Assembly (NCBI GenBank): GCA_937903605.1
Contig: CALCZC010000028.1
Coordinates: 6,680 to 70,679, forward strand
DNA: 64,000 nt
Reading direction: 5' to 3'
Origin: an uncultured bacterium
GTDB lineage: Bacteria > Patescibacteriota > Patescibacteriia > Magasanikbacterales > GWA2-37-8
A program made the translations under genes and the position numbers. The notes below the pieces were generated by a model, which made no database searches, was not told the origin of the DNA, and worked only from the letters and a program-made list of their open reading frames with translations. Positions 9,013-21,980 of the stretch are shown here, one piece after another (the first letter of the stretch is position 1; each line of letters opens with the position of its first letter).

Positions 9013-11253
9013 ATGTTAGACGTAAAACAATGGTCTATGGATTGGGGTGGCCGTACTTTAACGGTGGAAACCGGTAAATACGCTTTTCTCACCAATGGAT
9101 CCTGTACTGTGCGCTATGGCGATACGGTACTTTTGGCAACTGTAGTCATGAGTAAAAATATTCGTGAGGGTTTGGATTTTTTTCCTTTGATGGTAAATTT
9201 TGAGGAAAAAATGTATGCTGCCGGAAAAATCAAAGGCAGTCGTTTTATCAAACGTGAAGGCAAGGCTAGTGATGAGGCTATACTTTCCGGTCGTTTGGTA
9301 GACAGAGCTATTCGTCCGCTTTTTAATGCTGAAATGCGTAATGATGTACAAGTCGTTTTGACTGCACTTTCTTTTGACGGCGAAAATGATTCTCAAGTTC
9401 CGGCAATGATAGCTGCGGCAACCGTTTTGACAATTTCAGATGTACCTTGGAACGGTCCTATTGCCGGTGCCAGAATTGGAAAGATTGATGGAAAATTTGT
9501 TTTAAATCCTAGTATTGCCGATTGTGCTAAGGGAGATTTAGATGTTTTTGTGGCCGGAACACCGGAAAAGGTGATAATGGTTGAAGCGGAAGCAAGAGAA
9601 ATCCCGGAAGACGAGATGATTGCCGCTATGCAATTTGGCGCTCAAAATCTCAAACCGGTAATTGATTTTATCAATAAAATTCAAAATGAGATTGGAAAAG
9701 AAAAAATCAATTTAGAAGCAAACTTATCTGAGTTTGATAAAAAATTACGTGAAGTTGAAAAACAAGTTCGCGCTTTTGTGAAAAGTCATACAGCTGATTG
9801 GGTTTTTGATACCCCTAAAAAAGGACGATCTGAAAGAGTGGCGATGGTAGATAAATTTAGCGAGGCTATCAAAGAGATACTTGAAACAGAGGGTGTTGAA
9901 GAAGATGTTCAAAAAGTAGTTTTGGCTCGGGTAAAAATTTATGTTGAAGAAGTTATAACTGCCAGGATTTTAGAGAAGAACGAACGCCTGGACGGTCGTA
10001 AAATTGAAGAAATCAGACCTCTTTATAGTGAAATCGGTTTATTACCACGTACTCATGGTTCCGGTATGTTTATGAGAGGAGATACTCAGGTTCTTTCTCT
10101 TGTAACTTTGGGTGCGCCCGGAGACAAACAAACTATAGATACTATGGAAGAAGGCGGTACCAAGAGATATATGCATCACTACAACGACACTCCAGCCAGT
10201 TATGGTGAAGCAGGACCTCTGCGTGGTCCGGGTAATCGCGCTATCGGACACGGAGCTTTGGCGGAAAAAGCGCTTCTCCCTGTTTTACCGGAAGAAAAAG
10301 ATTTTCCATATACTATTCGTGTAGTGTCTGAGGTTATGGGAAGCAATGGCAGCTCTTCTATGGCTTCTACTTGCGGATCAACATTGGCTCTTATGGACGC
10401 TGGAGTGCCTATCAAAAAACCGGTAGCCGGAATTGCGATGGGTTTGGCTAGTATTGACAACGACTGGAAAGTAATTACAGATTTACAAGATATAGAAGAC
10501 GGTCCTGGTGGAATGGATTTCAAAATTACCGGAACGAGCGATGGTATAACCGCAATTCAAATGGACACCAAAACAACCGGTTTGAATTGGGAAATTGTAA
10601 AACAAACTTTTAAACAATCCAAAGAAGCCAGAGAGCATATTTTGGATGTGATGAAAAAAGTAATTGCTGAACCTAAAAAAGAAATGTCCCCATATGCTCC
10701 TAGAATCGTGACTATCATGATCAATCCGGATAAAATCCGTGATGTTATTGGTCCGGGCGGAAAAATGATCAATAAAATTATTGATGAAACTGGTGCTCAA
10801 ATTGACATTGAACAAGATGGACGCGTAATGATCACATCTTCTGATTCTGAAGGTATGAAAAAAGCGGTAGAATGGGTCAAAGCTCTGACTCATGAAATTA
10901 CTGCCGGGGAAACTTATGATGGTGAAGTTGTTCGTTTGGAAGATTTTGGTGCTTTTATAAATGTGCTACCGGGTCAAGACGGACTGGTTCATGTGAGCGA
11001 AATTGCTTGGAGCCGTACCAATAAACCAAGTGATGTTTTGAAAATTGGTGATAAAGTAAAAGTACTTGTAAAAGAAATTGATAATCTTGGTCGAGTAAAT
11101 TTAAGTATCCGTGCCTTATTACCTAAACCGGAAGGTTATGTGGAATATGAAAGACCGCAAAGAAGTGATAGAAATGACAGGGGTGGTAGAAGTGGTGGTG
11201 GTAGACCTTCTCATGGAAGCGGACGAGGCGGATTCGGTGGAAGAGGAAGATAA
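9013..11253 (+). CDS. pnp: Polynucleotide phosphorylase (PNPase) with an RGG-rich C-terminal tail
   Basis: Two RNase PH domains plus KH and S1 (GEVVRLEDFGAFINVLPGQDGLVHVSEI). 746 aa. Confidence 0.95.
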   Translation: MLDVKQWSMDWGGRTLTVETGKYAFLTNGSCTVRYGDTVLLATVVMSKNIREGLDFFPLMVNFEEKMYAAGKIKGSRFIKREGKASDEAILSGRLVDRAIRPLFNAEMRNDVQVVLTALSFDGENDSQVPAMIAAATVLTISDVPWNGPIAGARIGKIDGKFVLNPSIADCAKGDLDVFVAGTPEKVIMVEAEAREIPEDEMIAAMQFGAQNLKPVIDFINKIQNEIGKEKINLEANLSEFDKKLREVEKQVRAFVKSHTADWVFDTPKKGRSERVAMVDKFSEAIKEILETEGVEEDVQKVVLARVKIYVEEVITARILEKNERLDGRKIEEIRPLYSEIGLLPRTHGSGMFMRGDTQVLSLVTLGAPGDKQTIDTMEEGGTKRYMHHYNDTPASYGEAGPLRGPGNRAIGHGALAEKALLPVLPEEKDFPYTIRVVSEVMGSNGSSSMASTCGSTLALMDAGVPIKKPVAGIAMGLASIDNDWKVITDLQDIEDGPGGMDFKITGTSDGITAIQMDTKTTGLNWEIVKQTFKQSKEAREHILDVMKKVIAEPKKEMSPYAPRIVTIMINPDKIRDVIGPGGKMINKIIDETGAQIDIEQDGRVMITSSDSEGMKKAVEWVKALTHEITAGETYDGEVVRLEDFGAFINVLPGQDGLVHVSEIAWSRTNKPSDVLKIGDKVKVLVKEIDNLGRVNLSIRALLPKPEGYVEYERPQRSDRNDRGGRSGGGRPSHGSGRGGFGGRGR

Positions 11254-11267
11254 AAAATAAATAAAAA

Positions 11268-11298
11268 AATCTCGGAAACGAGATTTTTTTATTTATTA
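11268..11298 (+). terminator. Rho-independent terminator after pnp
   Basis: Hairpin ATCTCGgaaaCGAGAT followed by a T-run. Confidence 0.6.
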
Positions 11299-11447
11299 AA
11301 CTACAAATCAAAAATTACAAGTTCCAAACAAAGTTTTGAATTTTGAATTTAATATTTTGGATTTATTTGGTATTTGGTATTTTGAAATTGGTGCTTAATC
11401 GACATTGACTTTCCACTATTTTTATGATTTAATATGTTAGTTAATTT

Positions 11448-11529
11448 GCGGGCGTGGTGAAATTGGTATACACGCATGCCTTAGGAGCATGTACCTAACG
11501 GTTTGAGAGTTCGAGTCTCTCCGCCCGCA
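11448..11529 (+). tRNA. tRNA-Leu (anticodon TAG), long variable arm
   Basis: Acceptor GCGGGCG/CGCCCGC. Anticodon loop CTTAGGA. T-arm GAGAGTTCGAGTCTCTC. 82 nt, no CCA. Confidence 0.8.
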
Positions 11530-11725
11530 CTAAGAGGAATGCAATAGTTTGCATTCCGTCCGAGAGACGAGAACGGCGGAGCGATATTTGGCGAGTTTTT
11601 TGACGAGCCAAATCGCGAGTTGGTGGTCAGACAAAATTTTCGGAAGAAAATTTTAGTCGCGACCGAGTCTCTCCGCCCGCACGACGCTAAGCGTCCCACT
11701 AAGAGAAATACAATAGTTTGTTATA
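11510..11725 (+). repeat. Direct duplication of the tRNA-Leu(TAG) 3' end plus ~23 nt of flank, copies ~165 bp apart
   Basis: CGAGTCTCTCCGCCCGCAC...ACTAAGAG.AAT.CAATAGTTTG occurs at 11510-11560 and again at 11665-11722. The second copy has a 15-nt hairpin insert (GACGCTAAGCGTCCC). Confidence 0.7.
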
Positions 11726-11764
11726 AAATATTTTAACTCGCTTAATCGGCGGGTTTTAAAAACT

Positions 11765-12046
11765 ATGTCTGATAAAAACAAATTTCTTAAATTATCTCTT
11801 GAACTTGGATTGGAAATTCCGGAGTTGGATTTGCATGGAGAAAATATAAATGGAGTGGAAGAAAAAATTGATCAATTTATTTATCAAAATTTTTTACAAA
11901 GTGAAAGAGCGGTGAAGATTATTACTGGTGGAGGAACAGGAAAACTAAAAGAAAAAGTAAAAAACTGTTTATCAAAAAATAGCCTAGTAATTGAGGTTGT
12001 GGATGAATTTGGTGCATTGGTAACAATATTGTCAAAAAAGGCTTAA
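11765..12046 (+). CDS. Smr-domain protein
   Basis: LDLHGENINGVEEKIDQFI ... VKIITGGGTGKLK matches the Smr/MutS2 C-terminal domain. Confidence 0.6.
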   Translation: MSDKNKFLKLSLELGLEIPELDLHGENINGVEEKIDQFIYQNFLQSERAVKIITGGGTGKLKEKVKNCLSKNSLVIEVVDEFGALVTILSKKA

Positions 12047-12100
12047 AACAAGGGAAAAAGAAGGTTGTTTTCTTGTGGATAACTATCCACAAACCGGCTC

Positions 12101-12129
12101 TTGACACCTATCAATTAATTTGCTATCAT
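12101..12129 (+). promoter_or_regulatory. rRNA promoter
   Basis: TTGACA, 17-nt spacer, TATCAT, ~350 nt upstream of the 23S. Confidence 0.5.
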
Positions 12130-12461
12130 TTGCTTTGCAATAAAAAACTATTAAAAACCACGTCCACATTAAACTTTTCGACGGCAACGTCAAATTGGAC
12201 CTCTGGGTAAGAAGCTTAAAAGCTTAAAAAAATGTTTACAGAAAAAACAAATTATCTTACTTAGAATCCAAGCGGTTTAATGGGGCGCCCCATAATTTTG
12301 ACACCGCTTAGATAGGCGGTTGTTTTTTTTAAAAAATATTGGCAGATGATTTTAACTGAAAGTTTTGGTTGAAAACATCTGGTAAGATTACGGATTGTAA
12401 CTTGACAATTTAAAAGAATATTTTGGGGCACGACAAAGAACTTTTTAACGTTTTTGTCGTG

Positions 12462-15436
<2,975 letters not shown>

Positions 15437-15502
15437 AAAGCATTAAGTAGTGCTTTGAGTGTTCCAAAATATTCTTTTAAATAATTCAAATTTGAGTGTA
15501 GA

Positions 15503-15614
15503 GTTCAGGTGCTTTAAGCGAAGGGGTCACACCCGATCCCATCCCGAACTCGGTAGTTAAGCTCTTCTGCGCCGATGATAGCCCTAAAGGCAAAAGTAGG
15601 CCAGCGCCTGAACT
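15503..15614 (+). rRNA. rrf: 5S ribosomal RNA
   Basis: CCCGATCCCATCCCGAACTCGGTAGTTAAGC...GCGCCGATGATAG. Helix I closes with GTTCAGGTGC/GCGCCTGAAC. Confidence 0.85.
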
Positions 15615-15622
15615 CTGCATTT

Positions 15623-15658
15623 AAAGAAATACTCCGATTTAAAGTCGGAGTATTTTTA
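15623..15658 (+). terminator. Rho-independent terminator after 5S
   Basis: AATACTCCGATTTAAAGTCGGAGTATT followed by a T-run. A second hairpin plus T-run lies at ~15736-15766. Confidence 0.6.
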
Positions 15659-15814
15659 TTTATTAAGACATTGAATTAAATATGCTCGCCCGCCAAAGTC
15701 CCGAAGGACGACGGCGGGAACCCTATACTTAAAAGAAAAACTCGTCTAAAAGACGGGTTTTTTATTTCTTTACTTTTCAACCTAAAATTGGTAAAATATG
15801 GGTAGATTTGTAAA

Positions 15815-16474
15815 ATGAAATATATGCCAGATCTAATCAAAAAGACAATTGAATACGTTAAAGCCAAGCTAAAAGACGAACACACTGGTCATGATTGGTA
15901 TCATACGGAAAGAGTTTGGAAATTAGCTAAAAAACTTCAAGAAGAAGAGGGTGGAAACAAAGAGTTAATAGAACTTTCGGCCTTGTTGCATGATTTGGGT
16001 GATTATAAAAAGTATGAATTTAATCAAATCAAAGGTAATTTTGTGTTATTGGGGATGATGGATGTTTTGGGTATAGAGGAAGAAGATAAAGAAAAAATTT
16101 CTCAAATTATTGAAGACGCTCAATTTATTGGTGATGATACAAAATCTCCGGACTCACTTGAGGCAAAAATAATCCAAGATGCGGATTTCCTTGATGCTTT
16201 GGGAGCTATCGGAATTGCCAGGACTTTTGCCACAGGTGGCAAAATAGGTCGTGTGCTTCATGATCCTTATCGTAAGCCTAGAATCAGACTGAGTAAAAAA
16301 GATTATCAAACAAAAAAGAATGCCGGAACAAGTCTGAATTATTTTTATGAAAAAGTTTTGAAATTGCCGAAAATGATGAATACCAAAACCGGCAAAGAAA
16401 TAGCGGAAAAAAGAGCTGAATGCGTGAAAGATTTTTTGGAAAAGTTTTATAAAGAGTGGGAAGGGAAACAATAA
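15815..16474 (+). CDS. HD-domain phosphohydrolase
   Basis: HTGHDWYHTERV...ALLHDLGD matches the HD metal-binding motifs. Confidence 0.65.
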   Translation: MKYMPDLIKKTIEYVKAKLKDEHTGHDWYHTERVWKLAKKLQEEEGGNKELIELSALLHDLGDYKKYEFNQIKGNFVLLGMMDVLGIEEEDKEKISQIIEDAQFIGDDTKSPDSLEAKIIQDADFLDALGAIGIARTFATGGKIGRVLHDPYRKPRIRLSKKDYQTKKNAGTSLNYFYEKVLKLPKMMNTKTGKEIAEKRAECVKDFLEKFYKEWEGKQ

Positions 16475-16521
16475 ATTTTAAATATCAAATTTCCAATTTC
16501 CAATTTCAAATAATAAAATGT

Positions 16522-17499
16522 ATGTTTTTATATCAAAAATTCGGATTTGTTAATACGAAAGAATTGTTTAAAAAAGCGATGAAAGGCAGATACGCCATCC
16601 CAGCGTATAATTTTAATAATATGGAGCAACTGCAAGCTATCATAGAAGCTTGTTTATTGACTCAATCACCGGTGATTTTACAGGTGAGTAAAGGAGCTAG
16701 AGAATATGCTGACCCTACGATGTTGCAACATATGGCTTTTGGTGCGATGGAAATGATGAAAAGAATAGTAAAAGAAAAAAAACTAAAACAAATTCCGATT
16801 GTTTTGCATTTGGATCATGGTGCAGATTTTGAAATTTGCAAAAGCGCAATTGAAAGCGGTTTTTCTTCCGTGATGATAGACGGTTCTTATTTACCTTATG
16901 AAAAAAATATTACTTTGACCAAAAAAGTGGTTGATTTTGCACACAAACACGGAGTTAGTGTAGAGGGAGAACTCGGAGTGCTGTCTGGAGTAGAGGATGA
17001 TGTTAAATCCGAAGTTGCTCATTATACTGATCCAGATCAAGCGGTAGAATTTGTGAAAAAAACCGGCGTTGATTCACTGGCTATTTCTATTGGGACATCT
17101 CACGGTGCTTATAAATTCAAACCCGGAACTAATCCGAAAATTCGTTTGGATATTTTGAAAAAAATTGCTCAAAAATTACCCGGTTTTCCAATAGTTTTAC
17201 ATGGAGCTAGCTCGGTTCCGCAAGAATATGTTAAAATTGCCAATAAAAATGGGGCAAAACTCAATAAAACTATTGGGATAGATGAAAAACAACTTAGAGA
17301 AGCGGCAAAATCCGCAGTGTGTAAAATCAATGTGGATACTGATGGACGATTGGTGATGACCGCGATGGTTCGTCTTGTTTTAAATAATAAAAAAGAAGAA
17401 ATTGATCCGCGTAAATATCTCGGAGTTGCCAGGGAGGAATTGAAGAAAATGTATATGCGTAAAAATAAAGAAGTTTTTGGTAGCTTTGGCAAAGTGTAA
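16522..17499 (+). CDS. fba: Fructose-bisphosphate aldolase, class II
   Basis: YAIPAYNFNNMEQLQAIIEA, HLDHGADFE, EGELGVLSG, HGAYKF and HGASSVPQEY are all present. Start is uncertain (16522 or 16579); the ORF-track start 16456 is probably too early. Confidence 0.85.
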   Translation: MFLYQKFGFVNTKELFKKAMKGRYAIPAYNFNNMEQLQAIIEACLLTQSPVILQVSKGAREYADPTMLQHMAFGAMEMMKRIVKEKKLKQIPIVLHLDHGADFEICKSAIESGFSSVMIDGSYLPYEKNITLTKKVVDFAHKHGVSVEGELGVLSGVEDDVKSEVAHYTDPDQAVEFVKKTGVDSLAISIGTSHGAYKFKPGTNPKIRLDILKKIAQKLPGFPIVLHGASSVPQEYVKIANKNGAKLNKTIGIDEKQLREAAKSAVCKINVDTDGRLVMTAMVRLVLNNKKEEIDPRKYLGVAREELKKMYMRKNKEVFGSFGKV

Positions 17500-17502
17500 A
17501 TT

Positions 17503-18180
17503 ATGTTTGATTATATTTTTGTCGATTTGGACGATACAATTTTTGATACCACCAGATTTAAAACCGACATGTTAAAAATTTTGTCGGTTTTTGGTGTCAG
17601 TGCGGATGAATTTCAAAAAGCCTATCTGAAGGCCGGGGATTTACCAAAGCCGGGATATTATGATTATACTTTTGAAAAACAATTGGAAGAATTGCGAAAA
17701 ATGGGATATATCTTGGAAGACAAAATTATCATTTCTTTGAATGATTTGTTCAATAATGGTTATAAAAAAGACGGCGCGGAAGATTTTTTGAAAAGTTTGC
17801 AATGTGTAGGTAAAAAAATAATTTTATTGACTGCGGGTAACCATTTTTTTCAAGATAAAAAAATAAAAAATATCAATTTGACGAAATATTTTGATAGAAT
17901 AGAGATAATAGATGGTGGAAAAGATTTGATTTTAGAAAAAAATGAATTAAATAAAAATAAAATTTTGTTTATCAATGATAATTTGGAAGAAAATAAAATG
18001 ATAAAAGAAAAATTTCCGCAAACGGAAGTGCTAAGTATAGTGAATGAAACTTATTGGACGGAAGAGGAATATAAAAAAGCAGGGTTGACTTATTTTTTAA
18101 ATTTAGCGGAAATAAAAAATTATCTTGTAAAATCTCAAAACTCAAATGTCAAATGTCAAAACCAAAACTTAAAGTTCTAA
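17503..18180 (+). CDS. HAD-superfamily hydrolase
   Basis: N-terminal DxD motif FVDLDDTIFDT. The 3' end of the ORF runs into a palindromic repeat. Confidence 0.55.
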   Translation: MFDYIFVDLDDTIFDTTRFKTDMLKILSVFGVSADEFQKAYLKAGDLPKPGYYDYTFEKQLEELRKMGYILEDKIIISLNDLFNNGYKKDGAEDFLKSLQCVGKKIILLTAGNHFFQDKKIKNINLTKYFDRIEIIDGGKDLILEKNELNKNKILFINDNLEENKMIKEKFPQTEVLSIVNETYWTEEEYKKAGLTYFLNLAEIKNYLVKSQNSNVKCQNQNLKF

Positions 18181-18244
18181 AACTATAACAGTTTTGACAT
18201 TTACGGTTGTGGTTTTGACTTTTGCGTTTTGACTTTTGAGTTGA
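18134..18244. repeat. MITE-like palindromic element with CTCAAAACTCAAATGTCAAA-type terminal inverted repeats, short copy
   Basis: Left arm CTCAAAACTCAAATGTCAAATGTCAAAACCAAAAC. Right arm GTGGTTTTGACTTTTGCGTTTTGACTTTTGAGTTG. Related to the element at 61722-61926. Confidence 0.6.
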
Positions 18245-18270
18245 ATAATAAAAATTAGATAATATATATT

Positions 18271-19026
18271 ATGCAATTAAACAATGTTGGCGTCGTTATC
18301 CTTTCCGCCGGCAAGGGCACTCGCCTTGGCTGTACGGACAAACCCAAAGTCATGCTTGAAATCGGTGGAAAACCGATAGTTTCTTATTTGGTTGAAACCT
18401 TGAAAAGCATGGGGTTGGAACGCGAACAGATTTGCCTGGTCGTTGGTTTTTGTAAAGAAAAAGTAATTGAATATTTTGACGGACAAGTTATTTATGCGCA
18501 GCAAAAAGAACTACTTGGCACTGCTCATGCAGCTTACACCGGGATGATTTCTTTACCACCAAATATTACACAAGTTTTGGTGATGAATGGTGACGATGGA
18601 GCTTTTTATAGTAAAGAAACTTTGGAAAAATTTATGCAAGGACACGCGGAAAGTGGGGCGGTGTTGTCTATTTTGACCGTTGAGTTACAAGATCCGACAA
18701 TGTATGGCCGGATTGTGCGAGAAGAAAATGGAACCACACATATTATTGAAAAAGAATATTTAACTGATGAACAAAAAAAGATAAATGAAACCAGCACCGG
18801 CACTTTTTGTTTTGACCGCGACTGGTTTGAAAGCATGTTTCCAACTATGCCCAGAATGCAAAAATTAAATGAATTTGGTTTGCCGACAACATTATCCGTG
18901 GCCAACGAACAGGGGAAGAAAATCCAAGTGATAAAGCTTGAAAATAATGATGAGTGGTTTGGGATAAATACACCGGAAGAGTTGGATAAAGCCAACGATT
19001 TGAAGAATAAAGTATCCAGTATTTAG
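18271..19026 (+). CDS. Sugar-phosphate nucleotidyltransferase (GlmU N-terminal uridyltransferase-like domain only)
   Basis: VVILSAGKGTRLGCTDKPKVMLEIGGKPIV matches the NTP-transferase G-x-G-T-R motif. 251 aa, no left-handed beta-helix domain. Confidence 0.7.
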   Translation: MQLNNVGVVILSAGKGTRLGCTDKPKVMLEIGGKPIVSYLVETLKSMGLEREQICLVVGFCKEKVIEYFDGQVIYAQQKELLGTAHAAYTGMISLPPNITQVLVMNGDDGAFYSKETLEKFMQGHAESGAVLSILTVELQDPTMYGRIVREENGTTHIIEKEYLTDEQKKINETSTGTFCFDRDWFESMFPTMPRMQKLNEFGLPTTLSVANEQGKKIQVIKLENNDEWFGINTPEELDKANDLKNKVSSI

Positions 19027-19097
19027 TATTAAGTATGGAAACTTAGTACAAAATTTATATACTAGATACTGTATACTAAATACTTAATACTAATTTT

Positions 19098-20918
19098 ATG
19101 TGCGGAATCATGGCTTATATCGGCAAAAAAGATGCAACCCCGGTTTTACTTTCGGGATTGCGTCGCTTGGAATATCGCGGTTATGACAGCGCTGGTTTAG
19201 CGATTTTGCAAAATGATAAATTGGTTCGTTTTCGCGCTGTGGGTAAAGTAGATAATCTGGCGGAAAAAGTTAAAAATGAAAAATTAAACGGCAATGTTGG
19301 AATTGCTCATACGCGTTGGGCAACACACGGGGGAGTGACGGAAAACAACACTCATCCTCATAGCGGATGTGATGATAGTTTGATGATTGTTCACAATGGT
19401 ATTATTGAAAATTATCGTGAAATAAAAAAAGAGCTCGATAGTCACGAAATAAAATCTGAAACTGATACAGAAATTTTGGCGCATTTGATAGAAAAAAATT
19501 ATGAGGGCGACCTCAAAGAAGCAGTGGTAAAATCTCTACTGCAAGTGAGGGGAACTTACGGTATTGTGGCAATGCATAAAAACGAACCGCAAAAATTGGT
19601 AGCAGCACGAATGGGCAGTCCGTTGGTGGTTGGTATTGGCGAAGGAGAATATTTTTTGGCTTCCGACGCTTCACCAATTTTGCCTTATACCAAACAGGTA
19701 GTTTTTCTGAGTGATGGCGAGGTGGCGGAAATTACGGAAAATTCCCTGCAAATTTATAATCTCAAAGATCAAAAAGTGGAGAAAAAAATAGAAGAGTTAA
19801 CTTGGAATGAAGAGCAGGCACAAAAACAAGGTTTTCCACACTTCATGTTAAAAGAGATTTTTGACCAGCCGACTGTTTTTGAAGATGCTATTGCCGGGCG
19901 TATCCATTTTGAAGAAGGATCAGCTGTGCTTGGCGGGCTCAATATGACTCCGGAGCAAATGAAAAGTATAAATAGAATTATTTTGATAGCTTGCGGAACA
20001 GCCTCATATGCCGGAATGGTCGGTAAGTTTGCTTTTGAAAGATTGGCCGGTATTCCAACAGACGTAGAAATTGCTTCCGAGTTTCGCTACAAAGATCCGA
20101 TTGTTGACGAACACACACTTGTATTTGGGATTTCGCAATCAGGAGAAACTGCTGATACTCTGGCAGCTCTGCGCGAAGCTAAACGCAAAGGTGCGTATAT
20201 CCGCGGGATTATCAATGTAGTTGGTTCTACTATTGCGCGCGAAACTGATGGTGGAACTTATATTCACGCCGGACCGGAACTTGCTGTGGCTTCTACCAAG
20301 GCTTATACAAACATGGTGGCGATTTTACTTTTGTATGCGATTCAGTTTGGTCGCAATAATAAAATGACTCTAGCTACCGGTCAACGTCTCATCACAGCGC
20401 TCAAAGAAATTCCGGAAAAAATGGATGCAATTTTGGCACAAAATGAAACTATCAAACAAATTGCTTTGAAATACAAAGACACAAAAGATTTTTATTTCTT
20501 GGGACGCGGAATAAATTATCCTGTAGCTTTGGAAGGATCGCTCAAACTCAAAGAAATTTCCTATATTCACAGTGAAGCATATCCCGGCGGAGAGATGAAA
20601 CACGGTCCGATATCACTACTAGACGAAGATTTTCCAGTTTTTGCCATTGCCACCAAAAATCAACTTTATGAAAAAATGGTGAGCAATATTACCGAGGCTA
20701 AAGCGCGAAAAGCAAAAATAGTTGTGTTGGCTACAGAGGGAGATGAAGAGATAAAACACGTGGCTGAAGATGTGATTTATGTTCCGCCTACGATGGAACT
20801 TCTGGAACCACTACTTAACACCTTGCCCCTGCAACTTTTTGCTTATCATATTACTGTTGCACTTGGAAAAGATGTAGATAGGCCGAGAAACCTTGCTAAA
20901 AGTGTTACTGTGGAGTAA
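19098..20918 (+). CDS. glmS: Glutamine--fructose-6-phosphate aminotransferase
   Basis: N-terminal MCGIMAYIG (Cys nucleophile) and two SIS domains. 606 aa. Confidence 0.95.
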   Translation: MCGIMAYIGKKDATPVLLSGLRRLEYRGYDSAGLAILQNDKLVRFRAVGKVDNLAEKVKNEKLNGNVGIAHTRWATHGGVTENNTHPHSGCDDSLMIVHNGIIENYREIKKELDSHEIKSETDTEILAHLIEKNYEGDLKEAVVKSLLQVRGTYGIVAMHKNEPQKLVAARMGSPLVVGIGEGEYFLASDASPILPYTKQVVFLSDGEVAEITENSLQIYNLKDQKVEKKIEELTWNEEQAQKQGFPHFMLKEIFDQPTVFEDAIAGRIHFEEGSAVLGGLNMTPEQMKSINRIILIACGTASYAGMVGKFAFERLAGIPTDVEIASEFRYKDPIVDEHTLVFGISQSGETADTLAALREAKRKGAYIRGIINVVGSTIARETDGGTYIHAGPELAVASTKAYTNMVAILLLYAIQFGRNNKMTLATGQRLITALKEIPEKMDAILAQNETIKQIALKYKDTKDFYFLGRGINYPVALEGSLKLKEISYIHSEAYPGGEMKHGPISLLDEDFPVFAIATKNQLYEKMVSNITEAKARKAKIVVLATEGDEEIKHVAEDVIYVPPTMELLEPLLNTLPLQLFAYHITVALGKDVDRPRNLAKSVTVE

Positions 20919-20922
20919 AAAA

Positions 20923-20948
20923 AGCCCCGGTTTTCCCCGGGGTTTATG
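20923..20948. terminator. Bidirectional terminator between glmS and a convergent gene
   Basis: GCCCCGGTTTTCCCCGGGG hairpin flanked by A and T runs. Confidence 0.55.
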
Positions 20949-21791
20949 TTAATCGTTTTCTCCTTTTGAAACTTGCTCACGAATTTCCGTGAGCCTCTCT
21001 ATCCACTCTTCACAATCGCTTATCTTGTCCTGGACAAGCTTCATGGAAGAAGTATTGAATTCTTCAGTGGCAACTCGCAGTTCATCTCTGAACTGCTCGA
21101 GTTTTTCCTTGTAGCCCTTGATCCGATCATCAAGCCCGGCCAAACGAGCTTCACGATAAGCTGAAGTGCCGAGTTGAAAATTGGCATTAAGTTCGATACG
21201 GATTCCATGTTCTTTATCTTTGGGGAGGAGACGGACAAAAACCATGTCCGAAACCCACTGCTGCATCTTTTTGATTTCTTGATGCGTGGTGGTGTTGGCT
21301 GCTACTTCACGGATATTTTCCGGAGTAAGCTTCGGATTTTCCTGAAGATATGGAACAACCACCTTTTCTTCCCAAAGATCGTAGATCTTTTTTAAGCGAT
21401 CTTCCTTCATAAAGAATTTGGAAATTTTCTGAAGTTTGAAACTGACCAGATCTTTGAGTTTTTTTTGTCCGATGTTTTGAACAAACACATCAAACGCCTT
21501 GAGGAATTCATCAAAATGAAACTGAGAGATCAGGCTCTTGTGTTCCTCAAAGGATTTTTTGGTTTGTTCAATTTCTGCTTTCGCATCAGCAAGGAGAATT
21601 TCAAATCTCCTTGTGGCCATGTTTTCTACAAAAAGAATTCCCTTTTCAACATCCTCAATATCTTTGAGAGTAGATGATGTCCGGATTCTTTCCTGAAGAT
21701 CCAAAATTCTTTCTTTAAAGATTTCATAAGCCTCTTTTTCCGTAATAGGCTCTTTGGCCTCTGGCGGAAAATCTAAGTAAAAATTTCCCAT
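20949..21791 (-). CDS. Hypothetical coiled-coil protein
   Basis: 280-aa ORF, charged and helical, no recognised motif. Confidence 0.45.
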   Translation of the reverse strand: MGNFYLDFPPEAKEPITEKEAYEIFKERILDLQERIRTSSTLKDIEDVEKGILFVENMATRRFEILLADAKAEIEQTKKSFEEHKSLISQFHFDEFLKAFDVFVQNIGQKKLKDLVSFKLQKISKFFMKEDRLKKIYDLWEEKVVVPYLQENPKLTPENIREVAANTTTHQEIKKMQQWVSDMVFVRLLPKDKEHGIRIELNANFQLGTSAYREARLAGLDDRIKGYKEKLEQFRDELRVATEEFNTSSMKLVQDKISDCEEWIERLTEIREQVSKGEND

Positions 21792-21980
21792 TTTTGTTTA
21801 CCTCTGTATGTTTTGTTTTTAAACTCTTACCAACATATATAAAAGGAGCCTTATTGTAAAAGAACATCATACAAAGATAGCATATTTTTTGAAATATGTC
21901 AATACTCTGACTTGCTTTTTTCCTTAATTTTAGCTAAAATATCAACATAATCACAATTTTAGCTAATATTAAATAAAATT

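Noticed and set aside
19027-19097. glmS ribozyme upstream of glmS
   Set aside because: Only ~70 nt of AT-rich palindromic spacer precede the start codon. That is too short for the ~150-nt glmS ribozyme core, and it lacks its conserved GC-rich P2 elements.
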